A program made the position numbers and the translations under genes. DNA of 64,000 nt from Dendrobates tinctorius (lineage: Eukaryota): NCBI RefSeq assembly GCF_039654945.1, contig NW_027361681.1:3720001-3784000 (forward strand). The letters are read 5' to 3'. The notes under the pieces were generated by a model. That model was not told where the DNA came from and did not search any database. It worked only from the letters and a program-made list of their open reading frames with translations. How positions within the stretch are numbered: position 1 is the first letter of the stretch; the number at the start of each line of letters is the position of its first letter. This document shows positions 1 through 15,682 of the stretch, piece after piece.

Positions 1-38
1 TTATGAAGTCAAAGTAATCTTTAATGTCCTCTTCACAG

Positions 39-201
39 CTGTGGGACCTCAGGAAGACTAAAGACATAGTGTGTGAGTATAAGGGCCACCTACAAAGCAC
101 CACCTCCTGTGTTTTCCTTCCGAAGAGTACCTCTGACACCCCACTGGTGGCCACTGCATCACATGACTGCACGGTGAAGGTTTGGGAGCGAGATGCTGCT
201 G
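39..201 (+). CDS. WDR31: WDR31 penultimate coding exon (LWDLRKTK...[17 protein letters not shown])
   Basis: AG acceptor 37-38, GT donor 202-203; WD40 repeat; splices in phase to the exon at 5666; synteny with RNF183-PRPF4-CDC26. Confidence 0.9.
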
Positions 202-686
202 GTATGTGATCAGTCTATAGTCCTGGTTGTGAAGGTTGGAGGGATTTATTGACAGCTTACGATCCTTCCTAAAGCGTGCAGCTTTAAGTGGACTACTGTC
301 TCAGCGGAGGGGGGGGGGCAGTTTTTCGGCTTCAAAGAAGGATTTCATCCCCCACACACACCAACTAGCTAGTACAGGAAGACTCCCTATGTATCCAAAC
401 CCTGTGGTCTAACTGCTTTGTTCGGACAGCCTGGAGTTCATAAGGAGGATATGAACTTACCGTATATATACTCGTGTATAAGCCGACCCCCCCCAATTTT
501 GCCAAAAAAACTGGGAAAACTTATTGACTTGCGTATAAGCCTAGGGTGGAAAATGCAGCAGCTACTGGTAAATTTCAAAAATAAAAATAGATACCAATAA
601 AAATAAAGGTAAAATTAATTGAGACATCAGTAGGTTAGTAGGTTAAATGTTTTTGAATATCCATATTGAATCAGGAGCCCCATATA

Positions 687-2319
<1,633 letters not shown>

Positions 2320-2321
2320 TA

Positions 2322-2680
2322 ATGCTCCATACAGTTCATGATGGGCCCCATAAGATGCGCCATACAAAATACTCCCCATATAATGCTGCACAAAGGTTAA
2401 TAATGCCCCCCATAAGATGCTCCATAGTATAATATACCCCATATAATGCTCTATAAAGGTTATGGCCCCATAAGATGCTTCATAGATTATTCCCCCATAA
2501 GATGCTTCATAGATTATTCCCCCATAAGATGCTCCATAGATTATTCCCCCATAAGATGCTCCATAGATTATGCCCCAATAAGATGCTCCATAGAATATGC
2601 CCCCATATGCTGCCCCATAGACTATACCCCCATATGTTGCCCCCATTTGCTGCTCCATAGAATGTGCCCCCATATGCTGC
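2322..2680. repeat. ~27-bp minisatellite (CCCCATAAGATGCTCCATAGATTATTC) inside the Tc2-type element
   Basis: Direct tandem copies; explains the 9-aa periodic ORFs. Confidence 0.85.
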
Positions 2681-3794
2681 TGCAAAAAAAAAACGCCATA
2701 CTCACCTCTCCTGCTCAGGACCCAGCACCTGAGATACTCTCCTCTCCCCCATTCCATCGCTGCTCACCGCTGTCTGCCATGTCGTCTGTCAGTGACGTTC
2801 AGGCAGAAGAGGGCACGGCGCCCACTAACCACGTCACCGCGCCCTCTGCTGGCTAAACGTCATAGACAGACGACGCAGCAGACAGCGGTGAGCAGCGATG
2901 GACCGGGGGACAGGTGAATATCGCTATACTTACCCCCTTCTGGCGTGATCTCTGCAGCCCCGTTTCTCCACGGTCTCCCTTCCTGCCTTCAGCGGTCACG
3001 TGATACCGCTCATTACACTCATGAATATGCGCATATTCATGAGTTTAATGAGCGGTATCGTGACCGCTGAAGGCGGGAAGGGAGACCGTAGAGAAGCGGG
3101 GGGGCTGCAGAAACCGCGCCAGGGGGGGTAAGTATGATCTGTGACATCCCCGCTCCCCCGCCGACCCCCAGGTATATGACTCGTGTATAAGCCGTGAGGG
3201 GGGGGACTTTCAGCCCAAAAAAATGGGCTGAAAATCTCGGCTTATGCATGAGTATATACGGTACCTTATGTCGCAGCCAGATACCGATTCAATTTTTTAG
3301 ATCTCTGGAACAAGCTGAACGTCTTCCAGAGTCTGGATCCATTTTAGCATTTCAGAGGGATATGTAGAATGGCTAGTAAGAATCAGTGTTTAGTCTCAAC
3401 GTGTAGCAGGGCACCTGCCGGACCCGAATGTGCCAAAACTGCCTCTCTAGGACCGTCCAGTAAGGAGTTATGACCCATCTTAGGTTTTAGAGTTTTTAGC
3501 TGCTAGAGGCAAGGGGAGGGGATTTAGGTTCTGCCCGGAGGGCAGTGACCCAAATGGGACAAATGCTAGTGCAAGGCTATGTGGTCTCTTTCTCTGATAT
3601 ACTTGCGGCTCACTTCAAAAGTGGGGGCCACGTCAAGTAACGTGCTGTGAAGGGACTTAGAAACAGCTGGCAGCTCATGCCCCCTGCGGCCCAGCGCTCA
3701 TATGGTCGAACATCCCACCAGGAATTGATATGATCCTTCTGCTTAGATGTGTTGTACTTCACCTGTATTTGCATATCTGACCATTGTATGTGTA

Positions 3795-4297
3795 CAGTGG
3801 GTGCGGAAAGTATTCAGACCCCTTTACATTTTTCACTGTTTCATTGCAGCCATTTGGTAAATTAAAAAAAGGTAATTTTTTTTCTCATTAATGTACACTC
3901 TGCACCCCATCTTGACTCAAAAAAAAAACACAGAAATGTAGAAATTTTTGCAAATTTATTAAAAAAGAAAAACTGAAATATCACATGGTCATAAGTATTC
4001 AGACCCTTTGCTCAGCATTGAGTAGAAGCACCCTTTTGATCTAGTACAGCCATGAGTCGTCTTGGGAATGATGCAACAAATTTTTCACACCTGGATTTGG
4101 GGATCCTCTGCCATTCTTCCTTGCGGATCCTCTCCAGTTCCGTCAGGTTGCATGGTGAACGTTGGTTGACAGCTATTTTCAGGTCTCTCCAGAGATGCTC
4201 AATTGGGTTTAGGTCAGGGCTCTGGCTGGGCCAGTCAAGTGGCTGCAATGAAAGAGTGAAAGATGTAAAGTGATCTGAATACTTTCGGTACCCACTG
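3795..4297 (-). mobile_element. Tc1 internal-deletion derivative (transposase C-terminus only)
   Basis: TIR CAGTGGGTRCGGAAAGTATTCAGA, TA flanks; minus strand encodes [16 protein letters not shown]...KGAST. Confidence 0.9.
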
Positions 4298-5610
4298 TAT
4301 AACCAATGTGTATATAGTGTTTTGTCTAGTGTGCCTTTAAGGCGATTAAATATATAATTTAACCTTTGGCTGTTCTGTTATCTCGATCCACAAGTCCATG
4401 TTGTTGGATTAACTTTCCATGCTACCGGGGCTGAGTTCTGGCCCAATATAATCCCGTTAAGGGACTGGGTTTATATCTAACGAGGAACTGGTGACAGTCC
4501 CATCGGGCTAGCCAGGCGCTGTTTCACTGGTGCTAGTGAAAGGGACTTCTCAGCCTGTCTGGGGTGTGGGCGAGTATGGTGCCACGTCAGTGACTGTGTG
4601 GGCCGCATCCTCTCACTCCCAGTGCCTTCCTGGGCCCGTGTGGACAGGGGGTGTCAGTGTAAAACTGTACCAAGCTGACTTTACGTGTTCTCAGAGGGTG
4701 CGGAACGTCACGTTGGTGAAAGTGGGGAGACTGCATTGCGTGATCCTTCTGACGTAATAGTGTCCTCAGGCAAGGTGCAGGTTCGTCACGTGGTAGCAGT
4801 GGTGGAATTCTGTGTGATCTCCCTGGTGCCATCCTTCACACTCTTCGTGACTTATGTGTTAAGTGATGCTACATTGCTAGCACGTGCCATCACTTTATAA
4901 CAGCTGGGTTCTGGCTCTGATAATGAATCGGCTGCAGTGCTGATTTATAACTGCAGCCCCTTCTGAATGTTTGTAGCACAACAGCGCCTCATGGCATCCT
5001 GGCTGTATGAGGAACTGCAGCCAGCCCTACGTAATAGAATAGGCACCTGCTTTACAAGGAAAATGGACTTTTTAAATTAGTGCTATGGTCCCTTCATTCT
5101 CAGGATTTTAGGACTCCACTATTAAGTTGATGGGTATGCTAGAGATGTACCTTTTTAATAATATATATATATAATGAGTATCTCTACTTTTCTGGCCTGT
5201 ATTGTGGAAAATGTGCTCCAAACTTATGTGAAGAATTCATTTCCCACAGCAAACCATTGATCAAATGGATCATATGGCCTAAGACTATTTCTAGCAGTCC
5301 CCCCTCCTTACAAGCATAGATATGTCCCCAATACGCAGAGGGGAGTAAGTCCCATTGAGCACCACTGGAAGGATTGGGCATGTTAACATTTAATATGCCC
5401 CATCTGTTTGTCACCAATACAGGTGGAGTGTCATACACATCAGACAATCGGCAGCCTACTCTGACCAAACTAGGCCTAATATACGTGGCCTTGTAATCTG
5501 AGAGCTAACGGCACAGCAGTAAAATCTGAACACAGCTTTGACTGTGACTGGAGCATAATTGTAGCTCCAGACCAGAATGGGATTATTGTTTATTAATCTT
5601 ACAGATATAA

Positions 5611-5826
<216 letters not shown>

Positions 5827-6524
5827 CTGGGGGTGCTGCAGAACGCCCCCCTCCTCACCAAGGGTCCTATCACTACAGCGAGGATACCAACATTTTGTAT
5901 GGGATAAAGGGGCGGCTATTGGCTCTAAACACTTGTACAGACTCTAATCACACCACACGATGGCGCTCCTGTCCGGTCCTGCTGCTTGGGCTGACCTCAA
6001 TGAAGTCAGTGAAAGTCTAGAAGCAAAACATGGCAGCTCAGTGGATGCTATTACTGCATCACATGGCGGGGTCCTGGGACATCATTTGAGAGATGTAGCA
6101 TTGCCTATCCGCGACCTGTCCTCCTGATGAACACTCACACTTGAAGCTGTTTTCATTAGTGGCCGTGCACTTAGATCTGGAACAGCCAATGTTTCTGTAG
6201 ATTTTTTTTTTTTTAATGTTTGTATATATGGATTATTATTACTGTATATTCTGTTTATTAGCAGAAGCTGTTATCACACCACTGGACTTGGGGGATCAGC
6301 CCGGCACTTGTGGAGTTGCTGATTTCTTGGGTGAATAATCTGGTAGAAAAATCCTTTAGTTGTGGGAGGGTCGGGCATTAATCTTGTGTTCATGTGGAGC
6401 CGAAGACCTTCTTCACAGATGTGCATTTTTCTCTTATTTTATTGTTCACCCAGATATTAAGCCAGTCGCAGGCAGCCTCTGATCGCCCAGAATCCAATGG
6501 ACAGATTTTATTTTTATTAGAATA

Positions 6525-6552
6525 CTAGCTGAAGAGCCCGGAGTTTCCCGGG
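6525..6552 (-). mobile_element. Helitron-type 3' terminus (GC hairpin followed by CTAG)
   Basis: Minus strand reads CCCGGGAAACTCCGGG-CTCTTCAG-CTAG-T; the 5' end was not located. Confidence 0.55.
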
Positions 6553-6967
6553 CATAGTAACTAACTGTGGTTAGTTATAATACATATCTGTGGAAATTAT
6601 GGGGCCTTATTCCTTCTGCACTTCATGGTCCTTCTTTTAACACAGCCTCCTCCTGCACCTCACGCTCCTCCTTTATACACAGCAGCTTTCATATGCACAC
6701 AGTGGCAGGCAGTGTCACCAGGCAGACAGCACTCTTCCCTGGCTGAACTGTCGGTAGACACGAGATCCTGGGCAGCGAAAGGACCTGTAATGATGTCATG
6801 ACCATGTGACCAGTCCCGTGCTTGGGAGGAGTCAGACGCAGGGCTGTGCTGGTGCTGGAGTAGAAGTGTCAGCTCGTGTCACAGAGCAGGGTCTTATATC
6901 GCATCTCTGAGGGAAGTATAGTAACCCCATATACATGGGATCAAAAGCAAACTTTACATGGGTATTA

Positions 6968-7303
6968 GGGTATGTTTACACTGGGCGTTTTGCTGCTTTT
7001 TTAATGCTAATTTTCAGCTGCTTTTTACAGTACCAGCAAAGCCTATGAGATTTCAGAAATCTTATGCACACACATAGTTTTTTTTGTGATCAGGATTTTG
7101 TGCTTTACTGCTTTTTTGGACATAGAGCATGTCACTTCTTTCAGCGTTTTTGCAGCATTTTTCACTCATTGGCTTGAATGGGTGTTGAAAAAATGCTGCA
7201 AAAACGCAGGTATCATTACTTGCTGCGTTTTTTCTGCAGAAAAGTCATGGACATTAGCATGGACAAAGATGCAAATAAACCTGCGTCCAGTGTGAACATA
7301 CCC
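6968..7303. mobile_element. PIF/Harbinger-type MITE
   Basis: TIR GGGTATGTTYACACTGG with TTA TSD on both sides. Confidence 0.8.
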
Positions 7304-7830
7304 TTAAGGATGATGGGATTGGACTAGAATTGGAATAAAAAGTTTCACAGGACCCTGGCACAGCAGCCATGTTATAAGTCTATGCCCACCGGAGCAGAGC
7401 CCTGCAAACCTCCTTCATGCCGACACCTCCGGCTCCTCACTAGTAGTCCCAGCATGACACACTCACCAGGCCTACTGATCAGAAGAGGAGCCAGGATACC
7501 GGGAAGAAGGAGGTTCATCGGGCTCTGGTCCTGGCCACAGACTACTGATGTGGCTGCTCGGCAAGGGTCCTGCAAACCTTTTTGCTCAACTCTTGAATGG
7601 ATTAAAGTTTTTTATTTTTTGTTTTTTTTTATACTTTCTCATCTTTAATATTTAGATGGGGATTTCTAAAATCTTTTTATAATATTTTACACATATTCAT
7701 TTACTACCCTTTTTAGGGTCTCTGCTTACTGTCAGGGAATGGGAACCCGTCCTTGGCTCACAAGGCCGCAGGGCTCATTAGCGGGAGGTCTGATGTAACA
7801 AGTCATCACTTTTGCCGAGCAGCACGCTAT

Positions 7831-7990
7831 GGCCAGGGTCGCACTTGCGAGAAACTCAAGCCTCAATACCCGGCACTCGGGACCAGAGTGTGCGGCTGCA
7901 TGTCTTTCTATGCAGCTGAACGATCCGGTCTGAACCGCTGGCGGCAGTGCCTGGCATTGGTGCGAGAGACTCGCAAGTGTGACCTTGGCC
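7831..7990. mobile_element. Short MITE (Harbinger-like)
   Basis: TIR GGCCARGGTCRCACTTGCGAG at both ends; TSD unclear. Confidence 0.6.
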
Positions 7991-8954
7991 AATCCACGAT
8001 AACTGCAGGAATGATTCCTTTCACTTTCAGCAAGCAGAGATCTTGAACATCATGAGATCATCAGATGTCGATACACAAAGTATATTACTAGTTTGTATGA
8101 CTTTGAATTATATGAAAATATATGTAGCTGGTAATTGGAGGGCGCTTATAGACACCATACACACCCCTCAGTAGTTTATTGGGATTGGAAGAGCACTTAT
8201 TTTTACCATCTGTTTTGGCATATATTTTAATGTGTATAGTGACATTCCTTTAATCCAGCGCCTGAAATTCCAGCAGTCCAGAATAGAACTGTACGATGAG
8301 AAGCAGAGAGTACCTACTAAGTGACAAAAGCAGATCCTGTGGCAGTGGGGTGAGGTTTGGAGGTTCTGTTCCCGGTTAGTGGTGAATTGTCTGATAATCC
8401 AGCAGTGGGGGACGGTCCTGTAGTTCTGATAAGACCGTATACATTTTGTATTTAGACCTGTGAGATAGATGCGTCCTCGATGTACTGTGTTTAGATGTGA
8501 CCATACTATGAGGCTTCATTACACTCTGGATCCATGCTGTGCGTATGGAAATAGTGAATAAAGCAGATAATTCTCATCTCTACTTTGTCTATTGTGATTT
8601 TATTTTATAAATAAAAACTCCTATGATCATAGGTTTTCCATTGATGCTACAAGTCTGGATCCCAGAGAAAGTAATGTCAAATCTAGACAAGGGTCAATGG
8701 AGCCTAGTGAAGGGGTACGATGAAAGGGTCACTGTACAATCACATGATGTCCACAGAACATAGCCCCCTCACGTTTCAAAACATTGCCTGATTGCACTGC
8801 CTCTGCTGGCTTATCTTCTTTCCATGCTGCCACCTCCTCCCCGATTCCTAATGTAAGGCCGCCTCCTGCCGACCACATGTTTTCAGTACTGTTTGATGAA
8901 ACCAGGCCACCTTTCATTGCTCCATGGCCCTGTACCCCCTTTATATCATAGCTA

Positions 8955-9461
8955 CAGTTGGTACGGAAAGTATTCAGACCCCTTTAAATTTTTCACTCTT
9001 TGGGTCCATTCTTGACTGGCCCAGCCAGAGCCCTGACCTAAACCCAATTGAGCATCTCTGTAGAGACCTGAAAATGGCTGTCCACCAATGTTCACCATCC
9101 AACCTGACGGAACTGGAGAGGATCTGCAAGGAAGAATGGCAGAGGATCCCCAAATCCAGGTGTGAAAAACTTGTTGTATCATTCCCAAGAAGATTCATGG
9201 CTGTACTAGCTCAAAAGGGTGCTTCTACTCAATACTGAGCAAAGGGTCTGAATACTTATGATCATGGGATATTTCAGGTTTTCTTTTTTAATAAATAGGC
9301 AAAAACGTGTACATTTCTGTGTTTTTTTTTTCAGACAAGATGGGGTGCAGAGTGTACATTACTGAGAAAAAAAAATTAACTTTTTTTGAATTTACCAAAA
9401 GGCTGCAATGAAACAAAAAGCGAAAAAATTAGAGGGGTGTGAATACTTTCTGTACCCACTG
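8955..9461 (+). mobile_element. Tc1 internal-deletion derivative, same family as 3795-4297, opposite orientation
   Basis: Same TIR, TA flanks, same transposase C-terminal fragment; inserted into a ~36-bp minisatellite continuing to ~9690. Confidence 0.9.
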
Positions 9462-10169
9462 TATGATGCACTGTATGTCCTGACCCCTTTCTATCATAGC
9501 TGTGATGCTCTGTATCCTGACCCCTTTCTGTCATAGCTATGATACTGTGTGTCCCCTTTCTATCATATCCTATCATATCTGTGATGTTCCATGTGTCGCA
9601 ACCCCTTTCTCTCATGGCTACGAAGCTCTGCCTGTCCTGACCCCTATCATAGCTATGATGCTCTGCCTGTCCTGACACCTTTTATCATAGTCAGCAGTAC
9701 ATTTACTAGTAATTTAGGGTCGTATTGCTCTTCCGTAGGATCGGACCAGGAAACCACCTTCCCTTTGGACATATTGATCAGCCTCGGGTGCCCATGACTT
9801 TCGCTGGTACATAGTGTAATGCGTCCTTTCTCCAGCAGAGGGCAGAGCAGATTTCCACCTTACGGTAATAATAATAATCTTTATATAGCGCCAACATATT
9901 CCGCAGCGCTTTACAGTTTGACGGTATTGTAGCTTGTTTCCGTGTTTTATCTATCTACTGATTTGTGGATTAACCCTTCTTATGCCATGTTTTATGATAA
10001 CTAGTAGGAATCCTAATAATTTTTCTGATTTTAATATGTCTACTGTTATGTTTAACTATAGTTTTAGTGTGCTGAGACAGAGCGTGAAGCGACCAGGGAG
10101 GATGCGGTAAGTGAGATTGATAGTGCTGCATGGACTCTTACGGGACTTGTTCCACGAAGATATGTGTAA

Positions 10170-10558
10170 GGCTATGTGCCCACGTAGCGTTTTTCATGCA
10201 GAGTATTCCTGAGCGGAAATGCACACCCTCTTCCCAGGAAAAACGCATGCATTTTATGAAGTGCTTTTGTAAGCGTTTTTGACGCTTTTGTTAAGCGTTT
10301 TAGCATGCGTTTTCCTATGCGTTTTTGCAATACAATTGAATGTATGCGGAAACCCGTGCGTTTCCGCAAAATTAATGAACATGCTGCGTTTTTTTTCTAC
10401 TTGGCGTTTTCACAGCGGAAAAAAACGCACCATTAGCACAACATGTGCGGATTCCATTATATTACATTGGATGCTTTTCGTAAGCGTTTCCACAGCAGCA
10501 ACGCGCGTCTAAAAGCGCTGCGGAAACGCTTAAAAAAACGCTACGTGGGCACACAGCC
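10170..10558. mobile_element. PIF/Harbinger-type MITE
   Basis: TIR GGCTRTGTGCCCACGTAGCG with TAA TSD. Confidence 0.85.
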
Positions 10559-10609
10559 TAAGGGTGATTATATCCTGTGAGTGGTGCTCAGTTCACAATA
10601 TGACAAGTC

Positions 10610-10880
10610 AGGTGTATATTATGAGGTTCTGCAGCAGCTGAGGTGTATAGTATGAGGTTCTACCGTAGCTGGGGTTTATTATGAAGTTCTGCAGCTAATG
10701 AGGGGTAAATTGTGATATTCTGCAACCTCAGATCCTCATAATGCATGTCAATTGCTGCAGAACCTCATAGTACGCACCTCAGCTGCTGCAGAACCTCATA
10801 GTACGCACGTCAGCTGCTGCAGAACCTCATAGTACACACCTCAGCTGCTGCAGAACCTCATAGTACGCACCTCAGCTTAT
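10610..10880. repeat. 31-bp minisatellite in fold-back arrangement
   Basis: GCTGCAGAACCTCATAGTACGCACCTCAGCT x4 preceded by degenerate inverted copies. Confidence 0.75.
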
Positions 10881-11359
10881 GAAACAAAGCTTCATGTGAC
10901 TTGGTGATGACTGTGGACCTGACAGCAGTGGCTCCTGTGACAGGGCCAGTGCTTACAATTGTATTGGGGTCCATATGATAAATTTCTATTGTGCGGCACC
11001 TCTGTGTCCAGTGAGCCGCTGATCCGGACCCTTTGCCCTTTACATTGCTGTAGAGGAGCACTCTCATCATGCACTGGAGGAGCGGGTCCTGCTTTGCATG
11101 TGCTTTGAATGCAGCTGGGCCTGTATTTGGTGTCGTACTCCTCCACTGTGTTTGTGAATATCCTACTCCGGCTGCTACAAGCCTCGTCTTGCCCTAATTA
11201 CACCCTATTCAGAGGCTGCTATTCTTTCTAATGGCGGACAATTAGTAACAACCTGCGCCCTCTGCTCCTTTGTTACACAGGGTGATGACGGGTGTCTGCA
11301 CCTCCGAATATGTCATCGGAGATTACCTTATATTGGATCATATGCAAACAAACTGCAAT

Positions 11360-12480
11360 GTCAGGAGGGCACGAGGTACAGTTGGAAGGGCACTGTCATG
11401 AGGGCATGAGTTACAGTCGAAAGGGCATGGTCACGAGGTACAGTTTGGAGGGCACGATCAGGAGGGCATGAGGTACAGTCAGAAGGGCATCTCTTGAGGG
11501 CACGGTCAGGAGGGCACGAGGTACAGTCTGGAGGGCACAGTCAGGAGAGCACGAGGTACAGTCAGGAGGGCACGAGGTACAGTCGGAAGGGCATGAGGAG
11601 GTACGGTCAGGAGGGCTCGAGGTACGGTCAGTAGGGCGTAAGGAGGTACGGTCAGGAGGGCACAGGGCACATTCAGAAGGGCACAGGGTGCAGTCGTAAG
11701 GGCATGAGGAGGTATGGTCATGAAGGCACGATGTACAGTCAGGAGGGCACAGGGCACATTCAGAAGGGCACAAGGTACAGTCGTAAGGGCATGAGGAGGT
11801 ATGGTCATGAAGGCACGATGTACAGTCAGGAGGGCACAGGGCACATTCAGAAGGGCACAAGGTACAGTCGGAAGGGCATGAGGAGGTACGGTCAGGAGGG
11901 CTCGAGGTACGGTCAGTAGGGCGTAAGGAGGTACGGTCAGGAGGGCACAGGGCACATTCAGAAGGGCACAGGGTGCAGTCGTCAGGGCATGAGGAGGTAT
12001 GGTCATGAAGGCACGATGTACAGTCAGGAGGGCACGGCACATTCAGAAGGGCACAAGGTACAGTCGGAAGGGCATGAGGAGGTACGGTCAGGAGGGCTCG
12101 AGGTACGGTCAGTAGGGCGTAAGGAGGTACGGTCAGGAGGGCACAGGGCACATTCAGAAGGGCACGGTGCAGTCGTAAGGGCATGAGGAGGTATGGTCAT
12201 GAAGGCACGATGTACAGTCAGGAGGGCACAGGGCACATTCAGAAGGGCACAAGGTACAGTCGGAAGGGCATGAGGAGGTATGGTCATGAAGGCACGATGT
12301 ACAGTCAGGAGGGCACAGGGCACATTCAGAAGGGCACAAGGTACAGTCGGAAGGGCATGAGGAGGTATGGTCATGAAGGCACGAGGTACAGTCAGAAGGG
12401 CACAAGGTACAGTTGGAAGGGCATAAGGAGGGGTACGGTCAGGAGGGCACGAGGTACAGTCGGAAAGGCACGGTTAGGAA
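11360..12480. repeat. Complex minisatellite (21-24-bp subunits, 87-bp higher-order unit)
   Basis: CAGGAGGGCACGAGGTACAGT-like subunits; 29-aa periodic ORFs on both strands. Confidence 0.9.
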
Positions 12481-12963
12481 GGCACATCCTGTTACTAATC
12501 AGATCTACCGTGCTGTGCCAATCCTGCTAATCCAGCATAGCACAAATGTACTGGACCATATGGAATCTGTAGAAAAGGGTGATCAGTCTACCCATTTTCT
12601 TATCATTATTGTATCGGTGGGGATCCAACTACTGGAACTCACCATAATTAGAACGAAGGGTCCTCAGCTGCCCATTCAGCCTTTCAGATACCAGGTCGCT
12701 CCCCATAGCTGATTTTGCACAGCAAGCCACTTGCTTTAAGAGACCACCCTCTTCAGGAAAGGAATACTTGTCTGATTGTACACAAACTTCATATTGTATT
12801 TGCAAAATGTAAAGATTGGTCAAAAAATGCAAATATAGAGCGTGAAATTTTGCAAAATTATCTTATAGGGAGACAGTAAAAACAGTCATAAATGTCTGCA
12901 AGGTGGAGGTCTGGCTGCTGATATCCCAGAATCCATACTTGTCCCAGTCCTTTTTGCGTTGTA

Positions 12964-13509
12964 TCATTTTTGGTTCAGATATATGGGCAAGAACAGAATG
13001 GCGAACAGAAGGATGCCAACAGTGAGAATGGTGAGCCCGATGCCCCACACGCTCTGTAAGAAGGCACGGCAGCCCGTCCGCTGCACTGCGATGAGCCCTC
13101 CTGGCGCTGGCCGCTGCTCCCCACCGGCGGACAGCAGGTGTAATGTCACCACAGATCCTCTACCTTCCGACGAGTCTTTCTTTTTCCTCCAGCACAGTTT
13201 GCACCCGTCCACCCAGACGTCTTGGAGAGTCCGCATCTCGGGTGGGAGGTGGGCTACGACATCAAGGTCAGGTTGCATTTTCGGGACCCCTTCTGGAGGA
13301 ATTTGAGCCAAGATTCGGCAAAAAGGGCATGGGAACTCCTGAGACTTATGGAGGAACAGGCAGAGTCTGGAGAGGCACTCCATGCAGAAGGTGTGAGAGC
13401 AGGGAAGGAGCAGCGGCGTCTTGAAGACATTATCATAGGGGACGTAGCAGATGGGACACTCAAGGAGGCTGCCGATGTGTTCTTCAGGATCAGAAGGGAC
13501 TGTGGCCAT
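12964..13509 (-). CDS. Intronless RING-HC E3 ligase with C-terminal TM helix, RNF223/RNF183-family paralog A (181 aa)
   Basis: CPIC..CSHTFCMEC..CPFC RING; VWVDGCKLC motif; hydrophobic C-terminus; ATG at 13509 in GACATGG context (the ORF-track start at 13530 is GTG). Confidence 0.88.
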   Translation of the reverse strand: MATVPSDPEEHIGSLLECPICYVPYDNVFKTPLLLPCSHTFCMECLSRLCLFLHKSQEFPCPFCRILAQIPPEGVPKMQPDLDVVAHLPPEMRTLQDVWVDGCKLCWRKKKDSSEGRGSVVTLHLLSAGGEQRPAPGGLIAVQRTGCRAFLQSVWGIGLTILTVGILLFAILFLPIYLNQK

Positions 13510-14022
13510 GTCATATCCACATCTCCACACTGGAATGGTCCAAGATGGGACTCAGCTGGGGAGACATAAGGACGTCTAACACCTCCTCACCCCGGGTCAG
13601 GCTCTCAAAGCAAGTGATGACTTCTCACCGGTCCTGGCTTCTCCATTCTCAGCGTTTCTCCATCTTTCTAGTCTGTGTGTTTTCCTTTGAAGCTTCTTTT
13701 GGTGCCTCCGTTCTGGATCTTCAGCCTTCTATATACGTATCTTCTCTTGGTAACCGGCAGTCTGCTTCGGGTTTCATTCAGGCTTCAACCAAGAGTGATT
13801 CTTGGGTTGTCCGTCCTCCCTCATCACATAGCAACACAAACAATTGGGGAAGAAGCCATCAAACACATTCTGTCACTGGAGAGACGGCCGGACGGGCCCT
13901 CATTAGACATGCAGGTTACCGGTGACATCAGGGGTTTGTGTATCCTGCGCTTATACATTGGCAATCAGTCACCAAGAGGCCAGCAATACTTCACACTGAC
14001 CGTGCAGGAGCCGTAAACCTAA

Positions 14023-14370
14023 GGGTGTGTGCACACGTTGCGGATTCTGCTGCGGATTTGTCCAAATCCACAGGTCAAAAGACCTGTTTATCTGCGGATT
14101 TAGGGTGGTTTAGCCTGCGGTTTTCCCCTGCGGTTTGACATCTATCATTGAGCAGGTGCCAAACCGCTGCGGAATCCGCACAAAGAATTGACATGTTGCG
14201 GATTTGAAACCACAGCAAATCCGCGCGGAAAAATCTGCAACGTGTGCACTGCGTTTTTCTTTTTACATAGAGTAAAATTGTACTGTACACCACAGCAGAA
14301 ATGGCTGTGGATCCGCAGGGCCAAAACCGCTGTGGATCCGCAGCAGAATCCGCAACGTGGGCACACACCC
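14023..14370. mobile_element. PIF/Harbinger-type MITE
   Basis: TIR GGGTGTGTGCMCACGTTGCGGATTCTGC with TAA TSD; a related copy starts at 63848. Confidence 0.85.
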
Positions 14371-15676
14371 TAAAGGGGTGGTAGAGGAATAATGGCGCCA
14401 CACCTGTCATCAGGTTGTGTCTGGTATTGCAAATCAGCCGCATTCACTGAGAAGAGCTGCAATTTCAGCCACAACTTGGAGGTAGCGCTATTTATCCTGG
14501 CAAAGCATTTTTCTATTCTCCCTTCACATGTTTGTATATATGAGTCTGGTTTCTGCAAAACTGGGCTACCACCAATATGACTGCGGTTCTAGGGCTCACA
14601 AACGGTTGTCACTCGCCTTTAAGTGCATTTATTGATGATGTGACCACATAGTAAGGTAATGAAAAACATGCACAAATGTGTGTGGTTTTGTTTCGGTGAC
14701 GCACTTCTTACATACGTCCATGCTGCAGGATTGGCATTTTATGAGGTTTGTGACGTTATAAGAACTATCTCTAACTAATACATATATAGAATTTTTTTAA
14801 CATTGGTTATAAAATTGCAGGTGTCACTATGTCTTGTGTGTTGAGTTGTGTAGTGGATGGTAGTTTTTGTTGTTTATAAAGGGCTAGTCCCTAAAAATCA
14901 ATACATTTTTTTAATCTGCATTTTTTAAATGTTTAATCAATTTGATGCAATTCATAGATCATTTGATTTTGAAGGATTATTTAAAAAAAATCAACTTATC
15001 CCCTTTTCTATGGGAGAAGGGATAACTTGTTAGTCGCTGAAGTGTCTGACTGCTGGGACCACCCATTAATCCCTAGATCTTGGCTTGATAACAAGGCTCC
15101 ACAGACCCATCCTGAGGTGCATATGCTCAGTCCATTCATTGTCTATGAGACTGCCAAGTGCTGTGCTCGGATTTCTATGGAAGTCCCACAGGCAATAAAT
15201 GTAGTCAAGGTCCTGTCTGCCAACTCCACTGCATTCAGGATGGAGTCACAACGGTCAGACCCCCATCTATTATAACTTGATTTTTGCAAAAGGAGTGACT
15301 TCTCAGGAGTACTGTAACAATCATTTAGTCACAGGGTCACCTGGGTGTTATATTAGGGCAGGGCCCCTGCTTGCTACTCCTTCTGTGACTCCTCCTTCAC
15401 GCTTACTGGTGGCCCCTTCATTGGAGATTCCTCAGGGCTGTGACTGGTCACCTGTATGGAGCAGCAGCCCCCACCTAGAGGAGATATATAGTATTACATG
15501 GCACCCATAGGGCGGCTATAGATTCTGTCTCAGGGTATAGGGTCCTCCCAAGCTGCAGTACCCTCTCTGACATCGAAAGGTGGTGTCGTCTTTAAGAAAC
15601 AATCCTTTTAATGTACGGGGGTGTTTGGTTTAGGTCATTGCAGCATAACAACATTACGGTCCAGAAGATTAAACCT

Positions 15677-15682
15677 TTTATT
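15677..15682 (-). terminator. Candidate polyA signal of RING paralog B
   Basis: AATAAA on the minus strand ~445 nt after the stop codon. Confidence 0.45.

Noticed and set aside
3320-4900. Possible solo LTR or ERV remnant around the Tc1 derivative
   Set aside because: LTR-like composition, but no definable termini, TSD or coding remnant
6529-6556. Hammerhead-like CTGAAGA plus hairpin
   Set aside because: No GAAA or stems I/III; better explained as a minus-strand Helitron 3' end
11411-12405. Cys-rich ORFs resembling keratin-associated proteins or metallothionein
   Set aside because: They are translations of a minisatellite open in several frames on both strands, with frame switches and no supporting gene structure
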